Shown here: positions 26,147-38,002 of the stretch, piece by piece
How the letters are laid out: every line of letters begins with the position of its first letter
How positions within the stretch are numbered: the stretch's first letter is position 1
DNA from: Eledone cirrhosa
Lineage: Eukaryota
Assembly (NCBI GenBank): GCA_964016885.1
Contig: OZ024743.1
Span: 223,386,001-223,450,000, forward strand
Direction: 5' to 3'
DNA: 64,000 nucleotides
The notes under the pieces: model-generated
Database searches by the model: none
Seen by the model: only the letters and a program-made list of their open reading frames with translations
Told to the model about the DNA's origin: nothing
Position numbers and translations under genes: made by a program

Positions 26147-27715
26147 TTATAGCTCTAAAGAATTACTTCTAAATATAGTCTCAAAAAATGTATGCACAAA
26201 GGATTCACTTTCTTGAAATTTAATATGTGGAAAGATTTTCAAATTAAATGGTATATCTACTTCCTCATCTGTAAGAACTATTATTCCTTTTTGACAATTC
26301 TGTTTACAGTTTACATTTACTATAAGATCTATGAAATGATCAGAAACATTATTTTCAGACAAACAAATAACAATATTTAAACTTTGATGAAAAACCTCCA
26401 GGTTATTTTTAATTTTACTTTCACCATAGAAGCATTCAGTGTCATCAATGATTCTTAAACCAAATTTTTTCTCCTTGAAATTTTTTAGTTTTTCTTTACA
26501 GGAGAAATATTTAGTAAAAAAACAAAGATCATAGGAAAAACCCTCTAAATCTTGTAGGGGAATTCCTGACTTTAAGGCAAACAAATGCTTGAGGCAAAGC
26601 TGATGCATATCTTCGTTTTCTGTGATAGAAAAAAATTTTAAAAGACTCTTTATCCATATATTTTTTTCTTTGTCTTTCACATCAATATTTACCTTCAGTT
26701 CATCCAACACTGGTTTTATAGCATTTAAAGATACATTTTGTTGAAGGAAATTAGAATCTGGAAAACCAATCTTTATCCATAACAGCAATATACCTACGTG
26801 ATCTTTTAAAGTGGTGGAGATTGTATTATTTTTGGTGTTAATTAATTGTTTCCATGCTTCATGAAACTTAGATTCATTTATCAAGCAGTGTGCATTCAGA
26901 AAAGAAATAGCAGGATTTAATCTGTCAAGTTCCAAAGCTTTTGAAATATGATCTTGTCTTGACTTAGAAGATATTAAGCTTAACAAGTAATAGGACATTG
27001 GTTGAGGACGTATAGAATTGATTTTCAAAAGAAGTTGACTTGCTTCTTTATATTTGTCTTTTCTGATAAAATATTGACTCATTTTTAGAAGAACTGATGT
27101 ATTTTTTGTATTATCAATTGATTTAGTAATTCTCAAATCATCTATTTCCAAATATTCTGCCTGAATTTCTTCATCCTCTGGAAGTAATTTTGATGCTTCC
27201 TCCAAATATCTCTCGTATTCTTTATTACAACCATCAATTAACTTTCGTTTAAGTTTAGCTAGAAGAAGCCAAACTTTGCCACATTTTGGATCATGTTCTG
27301 TTGAGGATTCACAAAACTCAAAAGCCATATCATAAAGTTTTGGATGAAGACGAGAGAGAGCATATGCCAAGCAAGCATATGCTTCAGCAATACAATGCTT
27401 ATCCTTATTCACTTTATCATATAATTTATTTGCTTTCTGTTTCATTTTCTTCACCACCATACAATAATAAATATAGTTAATACAGAATATAAAATTATTT
27501 TTTGAGGGTTTGGGAATTATTTGACCTTTCACATGGTAATTCAAGAAATCATAAAGAGAATGATGCCAAACATTATTTTCAAATTGTTCTTCATTTCTCT
27601 CAGATTTTACTTTCTCAAAGAGGGTACTGAGAATCTCTTCCTTATCTTTATCTAAATTATGTTTTTTAAAACAATCTAATATTTTGAAATGATGAGGATA
27701 GTCGTTTATTTCCAT
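26147..27715 (-). CDS. IFIT/TTC22-like TPR protein with C-terminal TIR-like domain (522 aa, single coding exon)
   Basis: Uninterrupted 1569-nt ORF in AT-rich DNA. N-terminal blocks are colinear with IFIT TPRs (HF; SLYDFLNYHVKGQ; NYIYYCM; EAYACLAYALSRL..YDMAFEFCESSTEHDP; VLLKMSQYFIRKDKYKEASQLL). From aa ~393 it is TIR-like (YDLCF; FGLRII; YGESKIKNNLEVFHQSLNIVICLSEN; IIVL; IPFNLKIFPHI). Splice acceptor at 27784 and in-frame upstream TGA fix the ATG. Confidence 0.85.
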   Translation of the reverse strand: MEINDYPHHFKILDCFKKHNLDKDKEEILSTLFEKVKSERNEEQFENNVWHHSLYDFLNYHVKGQIIPKPSKNNFIFCINYIYYCMVVKKMKQKANKLYDKVNKDKHCIAEAYACLAYALSRLHPKLYDMAFEFCESSTEHDPKCGKVWLLLAKLKRKLIDGCNKEYERYLEEASKLLPEDEEIQAEYLEIDDLRITKSIDNTKNTSVLLKMSQYFIRKDKYKEASQLLLKINSIRPQPMSYYLLSLISSKSRQDHISKALELDRLNPAISFLNAHCLINESKFHEAWKQLINTKNNTISTTLKDHVGILLLWIKIGFPDSNFLQQNVSLNAIKPVLDELKVNIDVKDKEKNIWIKSLLKFFSITENEDMHQLCLKHLFALKSGIPLQDLEGFSYDLCFFTKYFSCKEKLKNFKEKKFGLRIIDDTECFYGESKIKNNLEVFHQSLNIVICLSENNVSDHFIDLIVNVNCKQNCQKGIIVLTDEEVDIPFNLKIFPHIKFQESESFVHTFFETIFRSNSLEL

Positions 27716-27739
27716 GATAGTTCACCAGAATGAAGTACT

Positions 27740-27752
27740 ACTTTCAGTTTTC
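27740..27752 (-). promoter_or_regulatory. IRF-E/ISRE-like motif GAAAACTGAAAGT
   Basis: Exact match to the G(A)AAASYGAAASY consensus about 25 nt upstream of the ATG; motif match only. Confidence 0.3.
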
Positions 27753-28930
27753 TTGGATTTCTTCTGATTCGGGCTTGGAAATCCTACAGGAAAGAAAAAA
27801 ACAAATTTTCAAAGAATGTTTAGAAAAAGTAGTATCTAAAAAAGAATTAAGTGTTATGGGGCATAGAATCTATTATTTTTGATAGTTTGGGACACTCTTT
27901 CTCATGCTCACACACTGCTGTGTGAAGGGTTCGGCACGGCCAACTGGTCTGTCCCTCCTCATAGCAGTGCCACACAGTCCCAGGCTGCCAAGGTCAGGTT
28001 TCATATTGAGAGTGCCTGGCTCTGAAACTGGGGTGTCACTGTAAAAAGGGTTCGGTGCAGCCAACTGGCCTGTCCCTCTTTATAGTGGTATCACTGGTCC
28101 CTTTGCATAGTGGTGTCATCCAACACCAAGCTCCCAAACTGTGGTTCCGTACTTGTCTCCTCCTCATAGTGGTGCCACCAGTACTGGGCCCCAAAAACTG
28201 TGGCTACACTGTGAGATGGGTCTAAGCTTCTCATATCGGAGCCATCCAGTACTGGTCTCCAAAACTATGGTGCCACTGTGAGACGGATTGGGCCCCGAAA
28301 ACATGGTTGCATTGTCAGACGGGTTCGGCACGGCCAACTGACTGTCCAACCTCATAATGGAGCCATCCAGTTCCACACTGTAAATGTGGTTGGTGTTAGG
28401 AAGGGCATCCAGCTGTAAAATACCCAGCCAAATTTACAGTCCTCCCCGGAGCAAAATGCGACAAATGGCCAAACTTGCCTCCTGTCGATGACGACCCATC
28501 TAACCCATGCAAGCGTGAAAAAATTGACGTTAAACAAAAATTTTGATGATGATGTATATGTATATATATTTACATACACATTTACATAGTCATCATCATA
28601 AGATATACATATATAAACAAAGTGTATAATATCTCTCTAATATAGTTCTCTAGTATAGTTATACGTTATATTCTATTATCTCAAGTATCAAGTACTCTGC
28701 TGAATCTAGTTTAAAACTGATAAAATCCTGATCTCTCTCTCTCTGTATATATAGTGTAGGTGGTTCAGTGAATTACTGGCATTGGTACCAAATCAAGCAC
28801 TCTATACACAGGCAGAGTGTATATAATAGAAAAAAGTTTTGTTTATATAAAAATATTTATTGTGTATCGACCTGTTATGCGTGTTTTACAGAAAATTGGC
28901 TCAAGGTGACCCATATTTTTTGTCACATCA

Positions 28931-29020
28931 CCAGTCTGATGAGCAGATCGATACTGGAGTTGGGTCCATAACTTCTATGGGTTGCCTTGAGCCAATCCTC
29001 TGCGAAATGTGCGTAACAGG
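28931..29020 (+). ncRNA. Hammerhead ribozyme-like motif in an inverted repeat
   Basis: ccagt-CUGAUGA-gcaga...ucugc-GAAA-ugugc-GUA-acagg; stem II 5 bp with long insert; stem I 4/5 paired. Confidence 0.55.
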
Positions 29021-30589
29021 TCGATACATAATAAATATTTTTCATATGTAAACAAAACTTCCTTGTTTTTTTTCTATTATATATATATATACACACACAT
29101 AATTCATACATGTAAATAAGCATAGTAGGCATACATGTACACTCACATAAATGTATGTGCAAAAATATGTCTCATATAAGGTCGTAGACAGACATATACA
29201 TACACGCATCTATAATTTAGTAGAAATATAAATGTGTATGTAATAAAACAAAGATTAAAAAAATGATAATAAATTATTAATAGCACACAGCATTTGATTC
29301 CTCTTATGTCTAGTCTTTCTCTCCATTTATGCTTTGCTGTTCACGTATATTATTATTACATATCCATTGGAGCATGCAAGCTTAATTTCTTTCCAATCTA
29401 CGCAAATCTTCTGCACACAACACCCAGGCCGCGCTACCATGCAACATTGCTGTTTGTATACATGCATCATACAATCTTCCTTTCATTTTGAGGGAAAAGC
29501 CTTTTTTTGCAGGTAGCAGTGGTAATAGCTCCCTGAATTTCCTCCATCCCATTCTTACCCTGGCTACTGTACTTTCAAAACACCCACCTCCACTGTTAAT
29601 TCGGTCACCTAGTTAGCAGAAACTGTCTACTGTTTCTAATGAACCCTTCCAGAACTTAGTAGTGCTTATTTCCAGTGGTCATTTGCTGCTTACTGACTCA
29701 GTGCAACTGCTACATGTAAAGACTACAATCTATGACTATTCTGTGCTTGATAATTCTGTCACTCTAACTACTTCAATTAGCTTATCTATCCACATCTCAG
29801 CAAGTAGAATGCATACTCCTCCTATACCATCATCATTTCCTACCCAGAAAAGCTTATATGCTCTTTGCCTGTAAGTAGACGTGCTGGGATGTCTCTCCAT
29901 CTTACCTCATTGACATAGCATTTATTCACTCATCTCCTCCTAAGTACCTCAACAATTTCATTCAGTTGTGGTTAAGTCATCCTTTGGTAGAATCTCTCAG
30001 TAGCTGAAAGTGAATATGGGTATGCGATTGCTTGATGACAACTGAGGGGTTGTTGCACATGGCCAGGTTAGCCACCCCACAACTGTGTGCAGCCCTAACA
30101 CGATTAGTAATAGTCCTGTATATGCTGTTAATGTGAATATTATATTATGCGCTGGTCATAGTTTTTGGTGAATTTTTTCTGGCTGGGTGCTTTTCCTATC
30201 ACCAACCATTTTACACCATGGACTGGGTGTATTTCACTGTGCCACCAACACTAGAGAAGTTGTTTGTACAGACTGAAATCAGTTTTAATTTAATAATTGT
30301 TTCTACATTTAGCACAAGGCCAGCAATTACCCAGTACATTACTGGTACTTTATTTTATCGACCCCGTAAGAATGAAAGGCAAAGTTGACCTCGGCGGGAT
30401 TAGTTTTAATTTAATAATAATAAATAATAATGAAAATGTATTGTGTACAGTGCTCAGGAGCACTATAACTCATCAAAGGTGCATGTGTAGCGAGGTCTGT
30501 CCACACCTTAACCCCTGGGTGACATTTAACGGTCATTTTCTGGGTTATCTCCTTTCGGGCGTCAACAGGTCTGAGATTGGATGACAGCC

Positions 30590-30950
30590 CTCCATTGCCC
30601 TCAAAGTGAAAGCTGACGTTTGCATGGGCTTGATGTGTTGATGTGGCAAACTCCTTGACTCCATGGTCTTTCTTGCCACCTGAATGCCGGTCGCTTCGCG
30701 TGTCACACGGAGCTAAACCTTATTCTCAAGAGAGCTTTGGCCCGGGCAAACATCCCCTCAATCTTGGAACCATCTGGGTTGTCCAGGAGTGATGGGAAAA
30801 GACCTGACGGCTTTACCCTGTGCCCTTGGTCGAGAGGCAAATGCCTTGTCTGAGACGTCACAGTTAGTTTTGCTTCTTCCCACATCATGGATGCTGCGGT
30901 TAGGGCGAGAGCCACAGCTTCTGCAGCCGAACGGAACACAATCCTATTTT
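30590..30950 (+). mobile_element. CRE-like non-LTR retrotransposon 3' fragment (restriction-like endonuclease)
   Basis: Homologous to 35400-35780; [16 protein letters not shown] motif. Confidence 0.8.
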
Positions 30951-31582
30951 GCCTGTAAAATCTGTCCAGTGATTCTTTACTGAGACATTCTAACCACATA
31001 CCTCTCGTATCGGAGTTGTGATCTCTCAATTCGGAGAAGTAGCAGCTCTACCAGGAGTGACTCTCTGGTCTCTGAGTAATGCACTTTATTGAGTAACGTT
31101 TCTCCAAAGACTCTTCAGAACCCCATTTCTGCCGCTTTTATTTGCAATTGTATTCTTTTGGTCATTACTCAAGATTCATGATCCTCGGTAAGAGTTGGCA
31201 GGAATACCAGGAAGATAGCGAGTTTGGCTTTTACACCTACCCCTTTCTTCTGATTGCTGAGGCTAGCGCATTACTGCATCAGCTTTTGCAATTCTTGCAC
31301 TTAATTCAGCCTCCTGCATTCCATCACTCATGAACACGGCCCCGAGATACTTGAACTCTACTTGCTTCAGTGGATCCCTATTCATATGTATATAAATTTG
31401 AGGGACTTCTGTCCATCCGTCTCACACAATGTGTATGTGTGTGTAAAAAGGAAGGAAGGGGATACACACACATATATATGTCTCTAACTTAAAAACAGTG
31501 ACACACACACACATACGCCTCTAATTTAAGAACGCTGATAAACTCACGCGCGCGCACATACACACACTGTCCTATTACCACT

Positions 31583-31865
31583 TAAGAGCTTTGGTCCGGG
31601 CAAACAGCCCCTCAATTTTGGAACCGTCTGGGTTGTCCAGAATTGATGGGAAAAGACTTAACAGTCTTACTTTGTGCTCCTGGTCAAGAGGCAGGTGTCT
31701 TATCTGGGATGTCACAGTTAGTGACTCTTTTGCTTCTTCCCACATCCTGGATGCAGCGGTAAGGGCGAGAGCTACAGCATCCACAGCTGAACGGAACAAA
31801 ATCCTAAAATACCGTGTTCTGTCAGCTAACTACATTATCCAGCTTGTGGCGTTCGAGACGTTTAT
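31583..31865 (+). mobile_element. CRE-like retrotransposon RLE fragment
   Basis: [37 protein letters not shown]...AERNKILKY...AFET. Confidence 0.8.
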
Positions 31866-31900
31866 GCGTCACCGTGTTGAAAATAATCCCAATCTCTTCA

Positions 31901-31941
<41 letters not shown>

Positions 31942-32257
31942 TCGAAAAAATATTTACTTCTGCGTTCACAGATTGATTTTTTAGTTTCAGAAGATCACGT
32001 TAAGGGTGAAAGCAGCGATTCTTTGCTTAAACTTTAATCTGTTATTTTAATAAATATTTGCTTTACGGTTCTTATATATTTGATATATATTTATCCTTAT
32101 CGGGCCCTCTTTGGATTTTAGTCTTCAAATTTATTATTATTACTATATATATATATATATATATATCGTTTCTGAATATATATATATCGTTAATAAATTG
32201 AAGTGAAAGCAACTGGTGCATGTGTTTCTTATTGGCAACATGACCCTCCCAAAACAT

Positions 32258-32309
<52 letters not shown>

Positions 32310-32493
32310 AAATATATGGAGAATAGAAATGACTGTGTAGTTGCTATTTAAGTTAACTTAAAATGCAGTGGGAATACGAAGAAAGCAAGAACGGGGGGGG
32401 GGGGGGGAGTTTTCTTCATCAGTTGTCTACTGGGGGTCTAGGATATTTCTACGCTTTAAAGACAAGTAGTAACACAACAGTTAGTTCACCATA

Positions 32494-32534
32494 CCGAGAA
32501 CAATTGTTTCACCTTATGCAGATCTTCAGCCCGG
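32494..32534 (-). ncRNA. Minimal hammerhead-like motif with an inverted decayed copy at 32540-32575
   Basis: ccggg-CUGAAGA-...-GAAA-caauu-GUU-cucgg; palindromic stem III ACAAUUGU; weak stem II. Confidence 0.45.
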
Positions 32535-32651
32535 ACAGTCCGAGTTGAAGATCCGCATAAGATGAAACTGTTGGTGTTACTACTTCTACCAAACTCGTCC
32601 CATGGACTGACTGCTCTACCACTACAGATATTACTTTCCAGTGTTCTCTAC

Positions 32652-32716
<65 letters not shown>

Positions 32717-33459
32717 TGAGGAGATTAGGATTTATATATATATATATCTTCGACTTCCCACAGGTCCAAGCTGAAGCTGAAGCATACAGACAATATGCCC
32801 CCCCCCCCCCAATCCCAATACAAAGTGGTCATGGAGGTGCCACAGCAAAAAAGCAGCCAGCCCACAATGTAAATAAGGTTGGTGTTAGGAAGGGCATCCA
32901 GCTGTAGAAATCAAGCCAGAATCAGTTCCCGTATGAGCAAGAAAAGGTTTATATTTCGGTTGCTAATTTTCTCCTTTTTTGTTTCATTACATTTTACCAT
33001 AATGCAGTTTATATACAATATTGTCTTTTTTAAATGTATCATGGATGACTTTATTGATTACGGAAGAGAGTGTAACACAGTCTCTCTTCAATTTCTGCAC
33101 ATATTGTCAATAACAATTTATATTTGACATATCATATGTACATGCATATATATTTGCATATAATATCAATATGCACACTACACATGCTAGCAAAAAAAAC
33201 CACCCTTCAGGTGGTTTTTCTGCTAGTATACATAAACACACACGTATATACACATACAAAGAGAAATGCATACAAAAGGAGCCGTTTTTGGAAAAAGGGT
33301 TGTTTGCGACAGCAAAATTAAACAGTGAAACGGAAAGAACTATTCATAAAACTGATTTCAACGATAACAATGGAATTAGTGATATTTTACTCAAATTACA
33401 AAAAGAAAAAAAAGAAAAAAAATATATATAATAATAACATTATAAATGAAAAGAAACAG

Positions 33460-34300
33460 AGGTTTATCGATTATCTGTTGGTAGGCACCAAGCTTGATGT
33501 CAAACTGAGATGAGACGTGGCTGGGGTGGACTCAAACAGCTGGAACTGATGCTTGAGAGAGGAACGCGATTTCGCATTGTACATGTGGGGTGAGATGAGA
33601 GGAAACAAAAACAGTTTCTGCCAGTCAGACGTACTGTTGGATAAACAGACGTTTTTCAATAAATTAGAGAGGACATTGGCAAAGCTATTCCAAGCTCCCT
33701 TAGGGATCAGATTGATGAACTTCGATTTAGATAAACCCTGGAGGGTAGCGGCAAAGTCCTCGGTAGAGAGCTGGAAGTCGAAACATGAGACGCCTCCACA
33801 GAGTACGTTGAAGCTGAAGTGGCACTGATTACAGGATTGAAGCTTTTCGGTTTGAGCCTTGGTGATGCCGACACAGCCTTCTGTGGTAGTTTTGGTAGCA
33901 CAGGTGATATTTAATTGTCTTTAGGTACCAAGATCACAATCAGGTGGTGGGCTGGCAGCGACCGACAGTGGAGGGCCAGCATTGGAATTCGATCGAGGGG
34001 GTGAACTAGTAAAAGAGGCAGGGTAAGCAGCATTGGTTCTAACGGTGGGACTAGAATGGAAGTTGGGTGGTGCAGAAGGTGGACTAACAGCTGTAGGAGT
34101 GGTGGGGTTGGCAGGGTTAATTTCGTTCAGAACCTGCGGTGAAGAGGAAGGGAGGATAGATGGAGACAAATTAGCTCTTCTCGTGCGTGCCGAAGTTGGA
34201 GAATGAGGTGTCGAAGATCGACCTGTCACTAATGGGATGGGTGACAGCATAGGTGGGATGCGTGTGAGGACGAAGTTAGGGTGCGGAATGAAGAATAGAC
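33460..34300 (-). mobile_element. CRE-like retrotransposon N-terminal region (decayed)
   Basis: Minus strand 33600-33720 reads FINLIPKGAWNSFANVLSNLLKNVCLSNSTSDWQKLFLFP, resembling the pre-RT 'IPKGAR...W..L..F' block of CRE-like elements; preceded by Pro/Ser-rich sequence. Confidence 0.55.
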
Positions 34301-35149
34301 AGTGGAGAAGGGGGAGGAGAAGAAGAGGGGGAGGATTATGAGTGCGTGGAGATGAGAATGGTCATGTGAAAGGCAGGTAAATACAGTGGAAGAGAGAACA
34401 ATGAGCATGTAAAGAGAAGGAAAAAAAACATTAGAAGTAAAAGTTCAAAGGCTGTGAGCTTGTGTGATATTTCACATAGGTAGTAACTTCGAAGTAACAT
34501 TGTGTAGCGGATAAGTGTTATTCTTTGATGGGTGTTTGATGAAAAGAATAATGCCATGATTGTGCTGTTAACAATGTTTATTTTACAATAACAATATGTG
34601 GTGATAGAATTTATCGCTACATTAATCACTGGCTAGCTACTATGAGCTAGCGTGAATGTATGTATCAATACGTGACAATATCACAGTGAGACGGAAGAAT
34701 AGAATCAGCATAGAATGTAAACAATATGAACTTACTATGTGTGTGTTTGTCTATTCTTAGTACAGGTTATTCGTCTCAAGGACTGCTGTTTCATGTCTGG
34801 CTGTGTCTGTGGCTGATAAGGTGAGAACCAGTAAGGGCCAGGCGAGAGAAAGGGTAAGAGGTCTGCTGAGGCCTACATGATTATCTCTCACTGACTGCTG
34901 CTCCGGAATGTGTTGGGTTTCCTAAGTCCTTGTATTTATAATAACCTTATAGCTAGAAGGATGTGTTTATGAGTTGATTTATGGGCAGACATCTGTTTTA
35001 CCTATCTACAAGTTGGGGTTACAGGACAGGCCGTTAATCATAGTTGTCTTTTGACAAGACAATGATGGGAACCTCCAATGATAGATAGTCCCAGAGACGA
35101 GAAACCTCAGATTCGGTTTCAAATCTTCGCCGGTAAAACATAGGAGTAT

Positions 35150-36060
35150 TCCAAACATGGACTAGTTCCAACAGGGAGTTGGGTGAAGCTCTCTAGCAAT
35201 GGAGTGAATTGGGCTTGTCTCTTCCTGAGAAGGTGGAGGACAGTCGAAGTCAGAGAACTTGGGACAGCATAAGTTCGAAGGCCACCTTCAACTCCCTCTT
35301 CGTCCAGTCAGATCAGTTTGCAAGGTGCCGCTTACTATCTGCCAGCACCAAATACTCAGGCGACTGGGTCGATGCCCTACCTGTGGCCAACTCAGACTGG
35401 ACAAACTTCGTGTCTCCATCGCCCTCAGAGTGGGAGCTGACGTCTGCATGGGTTTGAGGTGCCGATGCGGCAAACTCCTCGACTCCACAGTCCTCCACGA
35501 TCTTTCTTGCTGCCTGAATGCCGGCCGCTTCGCGCGTCACATGGCGCTAAACCTCATCCTCAAGAGAGCTTTGGCACGGGCGAATATCCCCTCAGTCTTG
35601 GAACCATCTGGGTTGCCCAGAAGTGGCGGCAAAAGACCTGACGGCCTTACCCTGTGCCCCTGGTTGAGAGGCAGGTGCCTTGTCAGGGACGTCACTGTTA
35701 GTGACTCTTTTGCTCTCTCCCACATCCTGGATGCTGCGGTTAGGACGAGAGCCACAGCCTCTGCAGCCGAGCGGAGTAAGACCCTCAAATACTCTGATAT
35801 GTCGGCCAGCTACATTTTTCAGCCTGTGGCTTTCGAGACGTTTGGGGGAGTCGGGCCGCTGACTGCGATCTTCACTGGCGGCTCGCCTAATAGAGCTAAC
35901 TGGTGAATCTCGCGAGGGCGCTTGGCTGTTTCAGCGCATCAGCCTCGCCATCACCCGAGGCAATGCTGTGAGTGTGCTGCGAGTGGCTTGCCTCAAAAAT
36001 CACGAGAGGTTGCCCAGTACTCGCGACGTTGCTGTCTTTTGCTCTGGTGCTGGCTCCGTT
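35150..36060 (+). mobile_element. CRE-like non-LTR retrotransposon C-terminus (zinc knuckle + RLE)
   Basis: SGDWVDALP; LRVSIALRVG..CRCG..HDLSC..RFARH..LN; EPSGL..KRPDGLTL.PW..G..LV.DVT; FQPVAFETFG; frameshifted. Confidence 0.88.
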
Positions 36061-36739
36061 CTTCATCCCTTCCTTTACATTTTCTTTAATATTGTAACAT
36101 TAAAAGAATATATCTTTCTGAAAGAATCGCGAGCTATTTATAATGTTGTCTAAGCATTTGTAATGTTATTTATGTATATATTTAAAACATATTTGTTATG
36201 TTATTCTACTGTAAATTTATTTATATGCTCTGTTTATATTTTCCTTCTGAAAGAATTGCAAACGATTTGTAATGTATTTATGAAATAAAGATTACTTATT
36301 CATAATTGAAGTTGAAGAAAAACATAGAAACATTGTATTACTGAAAATTAGAATTGGTGCTCTGAAATAGCGATGTATACATGAATGTATATATAGTATA
36401 TTTGGCAATGTTTGTTGAAAAAAGAAGTAAGTGACATAGTCACTACTTCAAAATAATAGCGCAAGGTCTTCAAAATGCTTTTAATTAAACATACAGTATA
36501 TTGCCAAATATACTGTATATACATTGTATTATTATATTTCTATTTCTTTTGGCACTGTCATGGTATTAGCTGTCAGAAGTGAAAGTATTCGTCAACCTTC
36601 TCAATCGTTTATTTCCGTATCACCACGTGTTTATTTATGTTTATGATTTTATAAGAGATACGTTTATGATGAGATACACTTATTAAAAAAAAAATATGGG
36701 TACCAAATAACCACGTAATTTTCGAATGTGCATTAAAAG

Positions 36740-37850
36740 CTACACTAGCTGTATCACCTTTACCTTTGTAGTAGTTGACAATGATGCTACTGCACCAATC
36801 TTTTGGTATGACACCTAGTATTACCTGGTTAACAATATGTGTGGTTATAGTGTGACCTACAGACCCAGATGCCGTCAGCATCTCGGCAGCTATACCCGAT
36901 GGACCGGTTGCCTTCCCCATCTTCATATCTTTGATTGCCTTACTTACTACGCTGCTGCTGACTTATACTGCTGGCCCCTCTATAGGGTCTACTTGGGGTA
37001 GGGTCTCTTCTTCCCATGCATTCTCCTCATTTAGTAATCTATCATAATGGCTCTTCCATGCATCTTTCTTCTCAGCACTTGTGAGGGCAAGCTCACCTTT
37101 ATCATTCCGGATACACTTCTCTCCAATGACATCACAATTCTCTCTGACACATTGCCTCGCAATCTTGAACACCTCCTGTTTCTGGTCCTCACGTTGCAAA
37201 ACATGCTTGAATTTTCTATCCTCTGCTTCTCTCCTAGCTAAGTATACTTGTCGCCTAGCTTCCCTCTTTGTCTCTATGTAATGTACCCTGCTTCCTCCAT
37301 TCTTCCATTCTTTCCATGCCTGTCTCTTGGCCTTAACTGCCTCATCTACCTTATTGTTCCACCACCAAGTCACGCTCCTCCTGCTTGTAGTCTTACTCCA
37401 GCCACAGATCTCTAGTAAGTTATTTTTTAGGAACTCCCAGTGCTCTTCTACATTGAATGTCTCTATCTGTTCTTCTTTACTGTCGTAGGCATTGAGTAAA
37501 ATATCTTTAAATCTGTTACTGGCCGAGGGGTCTTTCAGCTTCCAGATCTTTCTTCTCCAGGTTGGCCTCTGCTCCCAGGTTTGTCTAGTTCTGACCGTGA
37601 GGTCGCTGGCAACTAAGCTATGTTGGGAGGTACATTCTTCACTAGGGAAGGCTTTTGTGTTTACGACCGTCCATCTATCACGTCCTCTGATGAGGATAAA
37701 ATCTATCTGACTAGAATGCTCCCCTGATCTATAGGTGATTAGGTGGTTGTTGGGTTTTTTGAAGTTTGTGTTACATATCGACATGTCATTGGCGTCGCAG
37801 AATTCTAGAAGTCTGAATCCTTTTTCATTTCTTGTGCCAACCCCATGGCC
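36740..37850 (-). mobile_element. RTE LINE fragment (APE endonuclease C-terminus + linker)
   Basis: NTNFKK..HLITYRSG..SQIDFIL..SQHSLV; TWWWNNKVDEAVKAKR; GKATGPSG. Confidence 0.9.
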
Positions 37851-38002
37851 TATAAATATGGTTTTATAAATATAGTTTCCATTTATTTAATATCATGGAA
37901 TATTTACTCCAGTAACTTGTTGAGTGCTCTAAATCAGTTATAAACATTTATGTTTGTTGGAATTCCAACAAATTAAATACAACTTCTACATATATATGTA
38001 TA

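Noticed and set aside
27720-27783. Leader peptide GFPSPNQKKSKKTESSTSFW as a PLC C-terminal exon
   Set aside because: PLC already terminates at 57120 with a complete C2 domain; no evidence the leader is translated.
33921-34250. Pro/Ser-rich 109-aa ORF as a host gene
   Set aside because: Low complexity, no clear splice sites, contiguous with decayed CRE-like sequence.
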